Shown one piece after another: positions 63,260 to 64,000 of a stretch of 64,000 bases of DNA (its first letter is position 1; each line of letters starts with the position of its first letter). The notes beneath the pieces were generated by a model that saw nothing but the letters and a program-made list of their open reading frames with translations, was not told where the DNA came from and ran no database searches. The position numbers and the translations under genes are program-made. The stretch comes from Phaeosaccion multiseriatum (Eukaryota; Protista; Ochrophyta, other classes), in NCBI GenBank assembly GCA_965112735.1, contig OZ218959.1:2728001-2792000 (forward strand). Direction: 5' to 3'.

Positions 63260-64000
63260 CTAGTAGTAGTAGCAGCCACAGCGATCCTCCTCTCAGCCGT
63301 AGGTGAGTGGTGGTGGTCCTGGTGGTGGTACCCATGTTGGTAGTACCCATTCGCCAGGGGAGTGCCGAGCACCAACAGCTCTCCTGGACAACCATCCGGC
63401 AGCGCCTGGAGCTGGGCGTCCACCACAAGCAGGCGAGTGTTGCGGATCGGCCGCCCTATCGCGCCCACCAGCAGCAGCGACGATGGCGACGACAACGAGC
63501 CTGGACTGCCCCATCTTGGGTGTCCCTCCTCCTCCTCGTCGTCGTCGTCGTCGTCGTCGTTGTCCTGCCCTTGTCTTGCCTGCATGTCCCTTACCCCCCC
63601 CGTCGGCGGCGGCAGCAGCATGTCCTCCATTGTGGCGAAGGACACGTCTCCCGCTACCTCGGTTGACCCATATAAGTTCAAAAGCTGAGCGGCTGTCCTA
63701 TTCCTATTCGAGCACACTTGACTCGGTCCTTCTCCTTCCCCTCCTTCTTCTCCTCCTCCTGGTCCTCCTCCTCCTCTTGCTGCTGCTCCTCTCCCTCCTC
63801 CAGCTGCTGCTCGTTGAAACGCTCTCACGAGATGCAAAGGAAGCGGCTCTCCACTCACAAAGCAGTACCGAAGAGACGGCCAGCGCTCGCACAGTGGCGT
63901 GAGAACCGGCAGCACCGCCCCGAGAAGACTCGGAGTCAGGGTCACTCGAGTGGCACCATGCGCAGCTGCGGCAAGCAGAGTGCTCAGGGGGTTGGCCGAG
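58597..64000 (-). CDS. AASDH: NRPS-like beta-alanine-activating enzyme (AASDH/ACSF4: adenylation, carrier and PQQ beta-propeller domains); 5'-partial. Exons >64000-61002 and 60611-58597
   Basis: A-domain motifs SGEPL, NLYGSTE, GELLV.G..LANGY, FRTGD, GRLDTTVKVRG and LPMTATQKV; carrier SFHALGGDSL. PQQ repeats KCIDATP, VYVGSHS, LPDRIESS, VGCYD and VGCRDEFVYC. Confidence 0.92.

Overview
Gene-dense, GC-rich, intron-rich and extremely microsatellite-rich eukaryotic nuclear DNA. It is most likely from a flagellated alga with a complex red plastid (ochrophyte-like): two proteins carry a signal peptide followed by an 'ASF/SAF' plastid-targeting motif, and a TTC12-like ciliary gene is present. Fifteen protein-coding genes could be assembled by hand from GT/GC-AG introns: plastid cyclophilin, RRP7, a huge low-complexity CID-like protein, LRRC40-like, NKAP, two tandem intronless 7TM receptor-like genes, plastid flavodoxin, an F-box/ankyrin-repeat protein, a TPR plus degenerate prolyl-hydroxylase-like protein, a Rab GTPase, ITPK1, a WW protein, TTC12-like and PP2C-SAM-SAM. 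A sixteenth, the NRPS-like AASDH, runs off the right edge. The strongest signal the genes do not explain is a dispersed DNA motif, CAGTTGGTGATACAG / CTGTATCACCAACTG. I counted by eye 11 exact copies of its 10-bp core and about 19 copies within 2 mismatches of the 15-mer. It sits mostly inside exons of six unrelated genes, on both strands and in four different reading frames, often embedded in CAG tracts and often in inverted pairs of one consistent polarity. No rRNA, tRNA or CRISPR was seen. All exon coordinates were read manually and need RNA-seq confirmation.
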